From Octopus vulgaris (lineage: Eukaryota), in the NCBI GenBank assembly GCA_951406725.2, contig OX597817.1, forward strand, positions 137,268,001 to 137,332,000: a stretch of DNA of 64,000 nucleotides, read 5' to 3'. The notes beneath the pieces are model-generated. The model ran no database searches. It saw nothing but the letters and a program-made list of their open reading frames with translations, and was not told the DNA's origin. Below, piece after piece: positions 13,790 to 27,039 of this stretch (position 1 is its first letter; every line of letters begins with the position of its first letter). The translations under genes and the position numbers were made by a program.

Positions 13790-15030
13790 ATTGAAAGAGT
13801 GTTAAGATCAAGGATAGCTGACTTCCTGGAGACCCACAAACTCCTAAATGCAAATCAGCATGTCTTTCGCTGTGGCAGGGACTGTCTAACACAGCTCTTA
13901 CACCACATTGAAGATGTACTCAAAGCCTTGGGAACAGGTTCGAACTCTGATGTCATATATCTTGACTTCAGTAAAGCGTTCGACAGGGTAGACCATAATA
14001 TCCTACTCTCAAAATTGGCAAATGTTGGAATCCGTGGAAAAGTTCTACACTGGATTAAGTATTTCCGGGCGAATAGAACACAACATGTAGTTGATGGAGT
14101 CCACTCAAGCCCAGCAAAAGTCACCAGCGGTGTTCCCCAGGGGACTGTCTTGTGTCCGCTACTCTTCATAATTTACATAAACGACCTTTCCTGTCTCGTA
14201 CATTACTGCAAGGTGAAAATATTTGCTGATGACACTAAGCTCCAGCAAATCGTCAATGAAGAAGCAGACCGAACTCAACTCCAGTCTGATCTATATGCTG
14301 TGAGTTAATGGGCAGACAGAAACAAAATGCAACTGAACGAGATATAGCTCGTAGGATGAGTTCCTGGATCTTAAGAACTTTCCGGTCCAGAGAACAAGGT
14401 GTCATCATACCACTTTTCTCCTCCTTTGTACGGCCACACCTCGAATACTGCTGCCCACTGTGGTCTCCCCATACAAGACACAACATCTCGAGGATTGAAT
14501 CACCCCAGAGGGCACTCACTAAACGAATTGAAGGCATGGTTGCTCTCGATTATTGGGATCGCCTTAAAGCCTTGAAACTCTACACTCTCCAGCGTCGCCG
14601 TGAGCGGTACATCATTTGTACGATGTGGAAAATATACCGCCAACTTTGCCCAAACGACCTGAACATTAGCTTCAAGGTTCATCCAAGACTGGGACCACAG
14701 GCCATACGTCCCCTGCCCAATTCAAGATCACAGCATACATGTACACCGCAACATAATTTCTTTTCCTCAACAGGCCCTGCCCTATTTAACATTGTCCCGA
14801 AAGAGATCAAAGAGGAAAAGGATCCCATCAACTTTAAACGGAGTCTGGATAGATTCCTTCAAAGAATACCAGATAAGCCACCCATAATTGGATACAACTC
14901 ACCCAGTAAAAACTCACTACTTGAATGGACCATAAACAAAACTTGACTTAAACAGGATTCAAATAATCCTATCAGGTGGTGTTGTTAAGTTAGACATGGC
15001 CTCGACCAACCTTTGGTCGAAACATATCTA

Positions 15031-15032
<2 letters not shown>
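13790..15032 (+). mobile_element. 5'-truncated CR1-group LINE (RT domain and 3' end), internally deleted
   Basis: YLDFSKAFDRVDH, SGVPQGTVL, FADDTKL, VRPHLEYC.PLWSP; 3' hairpin tcgaccaa/ttggtcga before (TA)n. Confidence 0.9.
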
Positions 15033-15076
<44 letters not shown>

Positions 15077-15395
15077 TATATTAAATTAGAGATAAAACCA
15101 CTATTAGGCAAATTTAATCCTAAATCTGATTTTTCCCTGTAAGTTTGGATTTGTTCCCTAATATTTTATTATATATATATATATATATTTAAATAGGTGA
15201 ATGAATTATCCTATGTTTATCGTCAGCATGGAAAATTCGTTTAACCGAAACCTGGGTAGCAAATTCACGTCAGAAACACGGTTGAAGCGACCTGTCCAAG
15301 GGTAGAAACTCCGGGTTCATGTGCAGAAATTTGTGTGTTGTATATGAATAAATGAAAGAATGGAGTCGAACGAAGATGTTAACAAAATTTCTTTA

Positions 15396-15477
15396 CTCTC
15401 GACATATGTTTCGAAGACAACATGTTTTCATTCCAAAGGAATAAAGAGTGCATTATGCAATCTTCTCATCAGGAAAG
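15396..15477 (-). ncRNA. Type I hammerhead ribozyme in PLE pLTR (same strand as the ORF)
   Basis: ctttc CUGAUGA GAAGA..UCUUC GAAAC AUAU GUC gagag. Confidence 0.75.
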
Positions 15478-17237
15478 AAAGGGAGCCTCTCGACAACAAG
15501 ACAAACAAAAATTTCGATGGCTGCCTACATGGTAAACAAAACGATAATGAGTGTTTTTTTTTAAAGACCGTTAGAAGAATTGACGTCAAAGATAGATAGT
15601 AGGAAGAGAAGAGTTAAAGGAACAATAGGTAGGGAACAAGTGGAGAGGGAAGGGTACGTTGATTGAAAGAATGTTCGAAGGGTTAGGAAAGAATTTCGCT
15701 ATAGAAATGGGGTGGACGTAAAGCTAATTGTTCAAACCACAGTGACTATCGTTATCATTTATATGAGTAGAAAGTATGTTTCTGCCAGTGTTTACATTTG
15801 TATGATTTTTTCTATGAGTGTGTTTACTAGGGGAACCTTAGAGAAGAGAATATGGAAGAGTTCAGAGTTACAAATGTTACAAAATCTCCTGCCCTTATCA
15901 AAAGGAAAGGATACAGACAGTATGAACCAATCTAACTTGAAATTTATATTGTTGTCTTTAAGACGCCAAACTAATTTACTTAGCCCTATACTATGTCGTT
16001 TTTTGCTATCCCTGAATGTTGAATAATGGTTAGAAATTCTCTTGGATAACTGGGAGGTGGACGCTCCTATATAGAAGAAGACATCCGTATCGGAAGAAAT
16101 TCTACACTGGTAAATAGAATTCTTAATCTTAGAATTACTAGACAAAAATTTAATTCTGTTATGGTTGTCCTCCGAGATCGAAACCAAGTTTTTTATTGTT
16201 ATGATTGTTGTTACTATTATTATTAGCGCCAACAACTACACTATTTCTATTATTATTAGTATTATTAATGATACTACAACCAGTAATACTACCGACAATA
16301 ATACCGTTATTGTTGTTACCATCAACACTACCATTGTTATTAACACGACTAATACTATTATTAATATTATCATTGTTAACACTTTCGCTGCTGCCAATGC
16401 TGTTACTATTAATACTATTCCTATTATTACGATTGTATGATGGGTTGGAATTAGCAAGATTAGTGTTGGAACTCCCAGGTGAAGAATCTTTGTTTAGCAG
16501 CTTGGTATTGTGGGAAGATATAATTTGTGAAAGATTCCTTGTGTTAGAGAAAGCTATTCTGACTATGTGAGAATTGATAATAAAATGATATCTAGAATTT
16601 CTGGGAAAGTTCCTAGCAACGGCTTCACGGAACTGTAAGGGAAGGTTCGATTTAATTTGTTTTCCGAAAGGTATTACGAACCAGATACAGTTTTTTTGTG
16701 GCCTTTGAATTGTTCTTAGTGTTATTTGTGATAGTAAGGGGAAAATTTCTGGGTTGGAAATTTGGGGTTGAATGGCGCTTACCTCCCCTAGTCCGTAAAG
16801 AATTTATTTTATGTATAGGGTTGCTGGCACTATTAGAATTGAAATCATTATTCCTATTACGAGTAACTTTTCTATCTGGAGAAGCAGATGTTGGTTTAGA
16901 ATGAGCTGAGTCGATGTATGACACTTTCTCCTTATAACCGGCTCTTAACAAGGCGGCGTTATAGAAGTCTGCCTTTTGGTTAAAGATGTCGACATTAGCA
17001 GATACTTTAGACAGTCTCAGAGATATGTTTTTGACCAAATTATCGGTAATTGGCCTGGCATGATTACTGAAAATGCTAATATACTTAAGATTTGTGGAAG
17101 GTTTATGATAAGGGAAATATGAGTTATTCTGCAAATTGAGAGTAATGTCTAAGAAGTTGGCTTTAGTTAATTCATCGTCAAAAACGATGCGCAAACCCAT
17201 TCTACTAAAAAACCTAACTAATCTGTTTTTAACCTTT

Positions 17238-17319
17238 CTTTCCTGATGAGAAGATTGCATAATGCACCCTTTATTCCTTTGGAATGAAAACATGTTGTCT
17301 TCGAAACATATGTCGAGAG
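17238..17319 (+). ncRNA. Type I hammerhead ribozyme (inverted pLTR copy)
   Basis: ctttc ctgatga gaaga...tcttc gaaac atat gtc gagag; palindromic stem III ACATATGT. Confidence 0.75.
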
Positions 17320-17369
17320 TAAAGGAATTTTGTTAACATCTTCGTTCGACTCCATTCTTTCATTTATTC

Positions 17370-17401
<32 letters not shown>

Positions 17402-17496
17402 GTATGTATGAATGTATATGAGTATATGTATGTATGCGTATATGTGTGTGTATGTGTGTATGTGTGTGTGTTTGTATACACACATACACATAAAAG

Positions 17497-18130
17497 GCCA
17501 CTTCCGAGTCGACGTTTCCGATCCCTTGGATACCACATGGCATGTGCATGAGTCCAGCTGTTGTCTGTAAATATTCCCACATGTTTGGCCCAGCGGAACT
17601 TGTCCTTTCAGAATTCTGCGATCACATCGTCCACTCTGCTCCCGTATTATCTTATTTCGAATATGCTCTCGTAGTAACACTGCTATGTCTTTTTGCGTCG
17701 TAGCCAATCGCTGTTCCTCCCTCTTTGTAGGAACCGTCATCACACTTGCGTCTAAGAACGCAGTAGAACGGTGCTGTCGAAAGGACTGGTGCATACAACC
17801 CTATGCAGCTTTGCTTTGAGTTCATCTTTTATCGAAGTAAATACCTTCCACCTTGCCCCTATTCTACTCGAGTTTTAGCATCCATGTCTCGGCACGTAAT
17901 CCCTGTTCCCCAATAGACGTTCACAGATATGTGTTGAATAAGATTTGGGTAAAAACCTTTTAGAATGCCAAGCAAAGCCCTTCTGCAGTTATTAGCTACC
18001 TGATGTCACCATGCAGTGAAAATGCTCCTGCTACGGTATATACATAAGGCATTCCAGAGTATCCGTTGAGTTTATATCCATAGGTAATTGATAGAGAATA
18101 GAATGAACGCCGTTCTAACTTGAATAAAGA
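17497..18130 (-). mobile_element. Possible degenerate PLE remnant
   Basis: Minus strand PYV-like and TT..LREH-like remnants; ends in gaaacgtcgact. Confidence 0.3.
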
Positions 18131-18298
18131 ATGTCTTTAATTCCAGTTCCTAACATTTATCGAAATATGTCTGTGCATATGCGTAAACACGTCTACAAAC
18201 ATATATACATACTCACAGACGCATACATGCACACACACCGGTAATATCAGTGTATAACGTTTGAATGCTTATGTGTTTCTTAATACATCTTATGCACA

Positions 18299-19528
18299 CA
18301 GTCATGAAAGAAGTAAATAGACACCCCTATAATCATGAAAATTTATTTAAATCTGAAATTATACATTCAAATTACTTGTTAGTCGTTATAAAGTGAACCT
18401 TTAATATTTAGTAGACATGCTCTTTGTATTTTCCAATGCAAGGGCCCTATTAGGCATGTTACTGATCAGATGGTGAATATTCTCTTGTGGAATTTCTTGC
18501 TAAGTTTCAGGTAATAATGTCAACAGATCTGACTTTGAAGATGCTTTCTTCTTCTGTTTATGAAATGACCTGTCCATTATGCCCCAGAGGTGTTCTATAG
18601 GGTTCATATCTGTTGACTGGCTTGACCATGGAAGTTTTCTAATGCCATTCTTTTCCAACAAATCTTGGGTCATTTTAACCGTGAGACAAGGAATCTCATC
18701 TTCCATAAATAGAGATTCCTCTTTAATCATTTCACCACTGGAGAAGTATCGAATGAGTCCTTTCTGCAATATGGACACATATTTATTTGAGTTTATCGTT
18801 CTCTCACACTCTACCAGCTTTGATCAACTATTACTCCAAATTGTTCTCCAGACCATCACAGAATACCTGCAGTGTTTCATTGCTGGTTGCAATCTTTTCA
18901 CATCAAATTCTTGATCACAATCTCCAGACCCACACTCGACCATTAGGAAATTTGGACTCATCAGAAAATATGGCAGTGTCTCAATGCTAGTGGCCTCTCC
19001 ACCATCTCACTGGTCCAATCTTTTCTCCGCTTCATATTGACTGGTCAAAGATGTGGCTTCCTTCTTCCTGCTCTGCCAAAGTAACTGAGTTTGTGGAGAT
19101 AGCTCACAGCTGTTCTGGGACTGACATCAGCTTGCCCTGCTCTGTCAGAGGTCTTGCAACGAGGATTATCTTCCACACTTCTCTTAGCAAAGGGAAGGGT
19201 CCTGTCAGAGGGCCTTGGCTGATCTGAACAAGGTGATGTGGATTCCTTCCCCTCTCTGGTGAATTGCACAATCACTCTATTAACTGTAGAAAGCGGGGTC
19301 CCAAGGTTTTCTGCGATTTTATGCTGATTATATCAACCTTCAGAATGACCCACAATATGGCCTCTTTGAAATTCAGACAGTTCCAAGGCTTCTTTTGTTT
19401 ATGGCATGATTAAACAGTCACGTATAGAATCTGAAACGTAAAAATGTCAATTAATAAGAAATATAAACCTTTACAATAAACAGAAAACGATGTTTTCTGG
19501 GGTGTCTATTTACTTTTAACATATGTGT
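18299..19528 (-). mobile_element. Tc1/mariner transposon relic with TIRs
   Basis: WSSQSTDMNPIEHLW (WPSQSPDLNPIEHLW-like), FSDESKF, GRRKP; TIR core aagtaaatagacacccc (18311-18327) / ggggtgtctatttactt (19499-19515). Confidence 0.85.
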
Positions 19529-19744
19529 GTATGAATAATTATACACCAGTGTGTGTGTGTGAGTAGGAGTATGAAGATCAGTTTAAATGACAATTCTCAG
19601 GTTTGAGTTGAGAATTTCTCAGGGAATTTAACTTTCTTACATTTCTTAGAATTTTTCTTTAAATTTTTAAGAAACGAGAAACAAGTCAGAGACGTTAGTT
19701 ATTTCACAATGTTGTAGGTCGGGGTGGGTGTAGGGGGTTAATAT

Positions 19745-20115
19745 ATTGGTTTCAAATTTTGGCACAAGGCCAGCAACTTGGAGGGGGGGCGAGTCGATTG
19801 CATGCCCCCCCACACACACACACTACTTAGCTGGTACTTATTTTTTCGACTCAGAAAGGATGAAAGGCTAAGTGGAGCTCGGCAGAATTTGAACACAAAA
19901 CGTGAAAACAGACAAAATACCGCTAAGCATTTCGCCTGGCGTCCAAACAATTCTGCCAGATCGGCTCCTGCCCACAACTGGTACTTAATTTATCGACCCC
20001 GAAAGGATGAAAGGCAAAGTCGACCTCGGCGGAATTTGAACTCAGAACATAAAGACAGACGAAATGACGCTAAGCATTTCGCCCGGCGTGCTAACGATTC
20101 TGCCAGCTCACCGCC
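19745..20115 (-). mobile_element. Two tandem Nin/Deu-core tRNA SINE copies
   Basis: Reverse complement of gagttcaaattccgccgaggtcgactttgcctttcatcctttcggggtcgataaattaagtaccag. Confidence 0.8.
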
Positions 20116-20286
20116 ACAACGAGAGTCAATGAATGTGTGTGTGAATGTCTATATGTATATGTGTGTGTAAGTGTGCATGTGTGTGCACGTCTGTTTTTAT
20201 CTGAATGACTAAAGTGGTTGGATAATTATCCATGAGAGGTGTGTGGGTGTATATATATAAACAGTTGGTTTGTGTGGGTGTGTGTA

Positions 20287-20355
<69 letters not shown>

Positions 20356-20399
20356 TATATATATTATATATATATACTGTATATATATATGTATATACA

Positions 20400-20479
<80 letters not shown>

Positions 20480-20582
20480 CATACATACACACATATATAT
20501 ATACATACATACATACATATATACATACATACATACATACATTTATATATATATATTTATAGACATACATACGCACACATGC

Positions 20583-20617
<35 letters not shown>

Positions 20618-20659
20618 TGTATTTATGTATGTATGTATGTATGTATTTATGTATGTATG

Positions 20660-20690
<31 letters not shown>

Positions 20691-20878
20691 TTATGTACAT
20701 GTAGACAAACAAATGCGATATATGTAGATGTGTCGCAATTTGTGAAACATATTCTTTTTCTGGTGTTTCATAATGGTATATTTGTAGCAGAACCTTATCA
20801 GTGTTAAGATAAGTAAACAACATCTATGTTATACTCAAAGTCAAATAGTTTTGTTAGTTCTTTATTTGCTGGTTTAAA

Positions 20879-21015
20879 ATGACGCTCAGAATGTTCGAAT
20901 GGACGCCCGGCTATTCCTCGAAACATACCCGTTTCCCACCCACCATAACTGTAGCTGTTATGAGAAACAGATTTCTAAAATTTTATCAAAGAAAGCAAAG
21001 AGAAGGAACAAACTG
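20879..21015 (+). CDS. Candidate first coding exon of gene B (MTLRMFEWTPGYSSKHTRFPPT...QREGTN-W)
   Basis: aaaATG start, open and non-repetitive; ends in phase 2 (TG|) matching exon 33476; donor gtttat is weak. Confidence 0.35.
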
Positions 21016-22528
21016 GTTTATCTCAACGTTTATCCATCACTAAGTCTTGAATTATTTTTAGACTTGACTAAAGTTTTTAGTAACCTTATCCTGGTTTTAT
21101 CTGTAGTGCATTTAAGTTAGAACATTTGTTTTGCGCTTTAATGAGTAATTTTCAATAATATTTTTGAATATGGCTCTCTTTGATTCCGATTTTATCTGGG
21201 TGGACCCTTACAGACATTCAATGTTAAAAAAATCACACATTTTTATAATCAAATTTTATAAGAAATTGTACAAAAAAAACTGTTGAAATATTTTGTGTTT
21301 AAGAAATTTACTTGAAATCATATGTGGACCTGTGTGGGTCTTAGAGATTCCAGTTGAGGACCACTGGACCGAAATGCTTTGATCTTGAAGGTTCTGGTTG
21401 TGTTCATGTCTCTTGTTGGACATCTTAGATTAGTTTCTGGATACTGATCTTTATGGAGGCTGCAGCTAAATCTATGGACACAGACGAAATAGCAAAGGAT
21501 AAAATTTTGCGCAGGAAGGAATAAATGAAATGATTCGTTCAAAGCCTGAAATTCCCTCTTTGCAACCGTGAACTTAGATCTGTGTCAGACTAACTAGAAT
21601 GCCTCAGATAGTAAGTAGTATTGCTCTTTCCTTTAGATCAAACCAATACAAGAGTTAGAATGAGAAGACAGCAGATATGTGATTTAAAGACTAAACTGTT
21701 GATCGATGACTTCATGTTAATTAGTCAGGTCCCTAGAATCTGGATCAGCCAACCGCTCAAGGATACACTCAAGGAAAACCAGATGCTACAAATTCAATTT
21801 TAGACCAACATCCAGCCATAAAGTGAAAACAAAACTGAAGGAAATTAAATTAAGGCGGTGCTCTAGCATGGCCACAGTCTAACTACTGAAGTCATAAAAA
21901 GAATAGGATAAAAGAATAAAGATAGTAGTAGCACTTTCGCAGATGTAGCAAAACCAGTTCATTATAATTCCAGTCCCACACCACTTGTCTCTAGATCAAC
22001 AATCACCCTTGTCACATCCATATCGATTTCATTGCTGAGTCTCAGATAACTTTTGGTGATTTATACCTGAAGCGTTTCCTTGAGTTTTAAGGGAAAAAAT
22101 CGTTCTGTTTTTTACCTCCTTTATTCTAAAACACTTTTAGCTGAAAGACAGCATTATAAAACAAATGAATCACTTTCCAGTTGCAGGTAGGATTAACTCT
22201 CAGAAACTATAGTTGTGTCTGGTCGAATTGAGAGTTAAATGTCTTGACTGTAGATGCGACGATGGTGACATCAGAGGAGATGTGGATCCACAACATTACT
22301 CGGTGATCAATTCTGATAGCATTTATTAACTCACTCACAATCATTTGTCATTAGAATTATTCGATGTTGTGTGTTATGTTTTGTATTTTAAATTGCGTTG
22401 TTATATAATGCGAGTTGTCCACACCGGAACGTTTCTATTACTTATTACAGACAGCAATTACACCGGGAACTCTAAGAGCATTGAAGCAAGAACCTGCGGC
22501 ATTGAACCAGCCATGTTTGTAAGGAAAT

Positions 22529-22566
<38 letters not shown>

Positions 22567-22569
<3 letters not shown>

Positions 22570-22725
22570 TCATCATCATCATCATCATCATCATCGTTTA
22601 ACGTCCGTTCTCCATGCTAGCATGGGTTGGACGGTTCGACCGGGGATCTGGGAAGCCAGAAGGCTGCACCAGGCTCCGGTCTTGATCTGGCAGTGTTTCT
22701 ACAGCTGGATGCCCTTCCTAACACC
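22567..22725 (-). mobile_element. 3' end of an RTE-tailed SINE/LINE with (GAT)n tail
   Basis: Minus strand ccaacccatgctagcatggagaacggacgttaaacgatgatgat. Confidence 0.6.
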
Positions 22726-22747
22726 ATACAATATCTATCTATCTATA

Positions 22748-22834
<87 letters not shown>

Positions 22835-22931
22835 TCTTTGTCTTTTATTAAACTTTTAATACTGTTGATATTTATTTATTAAAAAAAATAATAATAATTT
22901 AATAAATAAAATAATATATAAATATAAAAAT

Positions 22932-22989
<58 letters not shown>

Positions 22990-23059
22990 ATATATATATA
23001 TTTAAAATTTATAAGTTTAATTTATTTAAATAATTTTTTAATTTTTAACTTTTATATTT

Positions 23060-23225
23060 TTAAATTAATTTTATGTATTGGCTTATGTTTTTCACTGTTT
23101 GATTTGCCTAATAGTCGTTTTATCTCTAATATAATATAATATAATATAATATATTTATACTATAAAATTGGATTTAATCCTAAATCTAATTTTTCCCTGT
23201 AAGTTTGGATTTATTCCCTAATATT
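23060..23225 (+). repeat. Copy of the TA-flanked PLE-type tail family
   Basis: Shares ..aatagt(g/c)gttttatctctaat..aaattggatttaatcctaaatct..ccctgtaagtttggatttattccctaatatt with copies at 15080-15170, 50380-50525 and 59990-60140. Confidence 0.75.
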
Positions 23226-23232
23226 ATTATTA

Positions 23233-23263
<31 letters not shown>

Positions 23264-23338
23264 CATACATACAGACATACATACATACAGACATACATAT
23301 ACACACATATATATACACATACACACACACGCACGCAC

Positions 23339-23418
<80 letters not shown>

Positions 23419-23520
23419 TTTAATACATGTCAACGCTTCTAAAAAAAGCAAGCTTTGTTTACATACATCGTAATTTTGCATATAGCGTCTATAAAAAAGC
23501 TATGTTTATAAGTTCAAAAA

Positions 23521-23634
23521 TTGCAGAAGAATTTGTTAGTAGGCAGTTTAGCTTAAAGGTGAAGCACTGTAACCGGTAATCACAGGGATGTGAGTTCGAG
23601 TCTCAAGGCTGGATGCTAACAAATTTTTCTGCAA
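23521..23634 (+). mobile_element. tRNA(Thr)-like sequence (23542-23613) enclosed by a 21-bp inverted repeat
   Basis: tagcttaaaggt A-box, anticodon-like arm ctgtaa-ccGGTaa-tcacag, gttcgagtc B-box; IR ttgcagaagaatttgttagta / tgctaacaaatttttctgcaa. Confidence 0.6.
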
Positions 23635-23679
23635 TATCAGGATGTTTTATGTTATTCAGTGTTACTATGCATTTGAGAG

Positions 23680-23720
<41 letters not shown>

Positions 23721-24439
23721 TGGCGACTCCGGAACTCGGGCTTTTGGGGCTTAACCCGAGTATAAATTTAGTAAAGTGAACGTGTATTTGTAAACTGATT
23801 TAATTTCTGCCAGCACTGACTTCAAGTATGTAATTGCAGCCAATAACTCGGGCTCTTTTACTGAGCCTGGGGTCGCAGTTCATTTATTTTCATTCAGCGT
23901 CTGGCGGTCGTCTTAGAGGTGTCCTGTGTCAAAAAGTATCATTCGTAGCAGACGTTCTCTCGACATAGCTCACACGCGCCAGTCACGGCCTCAAAAGTTA
24001 CAGCCCCAGTTGTTTATCTATAATCGTAAAGCTTAAAAGTAATTCAAATTCAATTTTTTCTTGAAACAATAAATTTCTACAGAGATTAGGATTTAAGGTG
24101 CAATCAACTCGGGCTAATACAAACGAGCCTGGTAGGTGTAAAAGACTAGCTGGCATCTCTTGTCAAGAGTACAACAGGTGACAGTCAGATCGCTGTTGTG
24201 CACTCCGCTGTTGTTATTTGATTGCTGTTATTATTCTGCGCGTCTGTGTGTAAAGATCAGTTGTGTTTTGCAGGGTTGCTTTATTTTTCACCCTTGACTT
24301 ACAAATTGAAAAAGACATAATGCTAGGTATAAAAAATAAGCCATTTGGAGCGAGAAATAAAGCGGAAAAACGTGAAATTCATCGAGCAGGCTTGTGCCTT
24401 ATGTGAAATCTGTGAAGAACTCGAGTAATGCTGATGACC

Positions 24440-24595
24440 TGGAGTCGTGTGGTAAGAAGCTTGCTTTCCAACGACATGGTTCCGGGTTCAGTTCCACTAC
24501 ATGGCATCTTGGGCAAGTGTCTTCTACTGTAGCCTTAGGCTGACCAAAGCCTCGTGAGTGGTTTTGGTAGATGGAAACTGAAAGAAGCCCGTCGA

Positions 24596-24651
<56 letters not shown>

Positions 24652-24890
24652 CTGTGTGTCTGTGTGTATATGTATATACTCGTGTGTCTGTGTTTGTTCC
24701 CCCACCACCGCTTGATGACTGATGTTTATGTGTTTACTTCCCAGTAACTTAGCGGTTCGGCAAAAGATACCGATAGGATAAAGTACTAAGCTTACAAAGA
24801 ATAAGTCCTAGGGTCGATTTGTTCGACTAAAGACGATGCTCCAGCATGACCGCAGTCAAATGACTGAAACAAATGGAAGAATAAAAGAAT
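24440..24890 (+). mobile_element. tRNA-derived SINE with internal microsatellite
   Basis: Head gtgtggtaagaagcttgct..ccgggttcagttcc, body cttgggcaagtgtcttctact, tail ccagcatgaccgcagtcaaatgactgaaac; second copy at 45731-45900. Confidence 0.8.
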
Positions 24891-25656
24891 ATATATATAT
24901 ATATATATGTGTGTGTATGTTTATGTACAAACAGGATCGCATCCACACATACACGTGTATATACACATGCATAGCTGCATGTATATATATCACCACTTGT
25001 CTGGTATGTTAAGTTTCCAATTGATGTAAGTCGGACCACTTGGTGCCAAGGCCAGCAAAAGGGATCTCTTCAGTCATAGACTCCATCTTTGATTCTGTTA
25101 CCAAGTAACCATCCTAACAGCCAACAGCCTTTATGCGTTATACTCAGAAGAGCAACTGCGCTCAACACTGACATCTAATGCATAACTTTACGGTTTTGTA
25201 TCTGTTGCAATGAGTTTCCGCTTGTTTCTTTTATCCTCCGTACATTTTTACGACCAGATGGACTGAGCCATTTGAAAGTTAAATGTCTCAATTGGTTGCT
25301 GAATAATTTTGGTGTACACAATACAACTTAATGCTGTTTGCAAGATATAACACGGTGTCGGGGAAATATATAACCTAGCATTGGTGGGAAGATACATCAC
25401 GCTGTGGGTGGCAGCTTATATTCCACTGACGCCGGCCATCCTGACGCTACTAAGATCTGATTAGCGTTTAACAGTCGCACTTACTAATTGGTGGTTGGTA
25501 GCCAGTGACTGCATAGTAGCATTACTAGTTGGTAATCACTAGCTAATAACAATATAGGGACAACTACTTGGATAGAATAGGCATTCTTTCTTAAATTATA
25601 TTATTTGTTGTCCACATAATTTTAATTATTATAGTTAAATATACCTATAGTAATTC

Positions 25657-26073
25657 GGTATTGTTTGGTTATCTCACCCCCGTTAAAAAATTGCCATTAA
25701 AAAAATCTAGGTTATCTCCCCACTAAAAAATCGAGTTTATGTGGCGACAAGAGATAAAAAGAGATCCTTTTGATTCAATACTTCAACACAGTGTTGGTGT
25801 TTGGCCTCGTCAATAGGAATGGCAGGATTTGTTATGAAAATGTTATCAGATTCAATATGATATTTAATGTTTTCAGTTTTCGTGTTTATTCATTTCTTTC
25901 AGTTTTGTATGATTTATTATAAAAATATTATCAGATTCAAAACAATGTTTTATCGTTCCGCCTTTCCTTTTTTATTAATTTTTTCATTTCTTTTCTTTTG
26001 CTGGGGGTTAAACAATTTTTAGTAAGGGGAGATAACTCAATTTTTAATGGGGGAGAGATAACCAAAAAGTACC
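25657..26073. mobile_element. MITE-like element
   Basis: Outer IR ggtattgtttggttatctcacccccgttaaaaaattg / caatttttaatgggggagagataaccaaaaagtacc, plus an inner IR; no ORF. Confidence 0.55.
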
Positions 26074-26264
26074 AGTAATTATCCAGCAAAATTCATGTCT
26101 AAATTGATTCTACTTAACTTTGATTAAATGAAATTGTAAAACATTCTTTTAGTGCTCTTTCACAGTGATTGCACTATCTTGATCTTTAAAGGCCAAATTA
26201 CTTTTAATAAGTAAACTATATATATATATGTATGTGTGTATGTGTGTTGTGTATGTATGTGTAT

Positions 26265-26302
<38 letters not shown>

Positions 26303-26317
26303 TGTTTGTATGTATGT

Positions 26318-26381
<64 letters not shown>

Positions 26382-26925
26382 ATCTCATTGTTCGAGAATT
26401 CGAACATACCCATCCTGAACATGTTCTGCTAGATGTGTGCATGAATATGCTAATCGCTGTTGTCCTCCATAATCGAAACCCACCCCATCATTCCCTTTAA
26501 ACGATGTGTGTTCATAAGAAATGCGATTCACCGGTTTAAGGGGGGCTTTGAGACACCAGTGTGTTTGGACCTTGTTCTCTGCCTCCTCAGTCAAAGCATC
26601 ACTACCGGACCAATGCAACACAAGGGTTAGTTTATAGAAACCAACAGTTTTCTTTGCTTAAGCCTGCCAAACAGATTCTTTGGTGTATATATGTGTGACT
26701 GTAACAAGAGGAATGAACACTATTTTCTCTTGCTATAGTCACACATATGAACACAGTGTTATTTCCTATTCTTACCGTCGCATATTTCCCCGATATTCTT
26801 CCACCTTTTCCTTTTCCAATACATATTCCTAATTTTTCGGTTTATCATATTTTTGAGCCCTCGTCGTCGTCGTCGTTGTCGTCGTTGTTGTTGTTGTTCT
26901 TTTTCTTCATCTTCTTCTTCTTCTT

Positions 26926-27039
<114 letters not shown>

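Larger units (their letters stand above)
15190..17374 (-). mobile_element. 5'-truncated Penelope-like element: RT thumb plus C-terminal GIY-YIG, with inverted pseudo-LTR
   Basis: NFLDITLNL..YFPYHKP..SNH (16652-17232); SIYQC..YIG..KRISNH..LSKLVW..CNIC..E (15792-16160); ~140 bp inverted repeat 15341-15482 / 17233-17374. Confidence 0.85.

Noticed and set aside
17233-17293. N-terminus MFSFQRNKGC.. of ORF 16652-17293
   Set aside because: Lies in the inverted pLTR copy, so it is not part of the original PLE protein
23718-24420. hAT-like transposon starting CAGTGGCG
   Set aside because: No matching right TIR or transposase remnant identified
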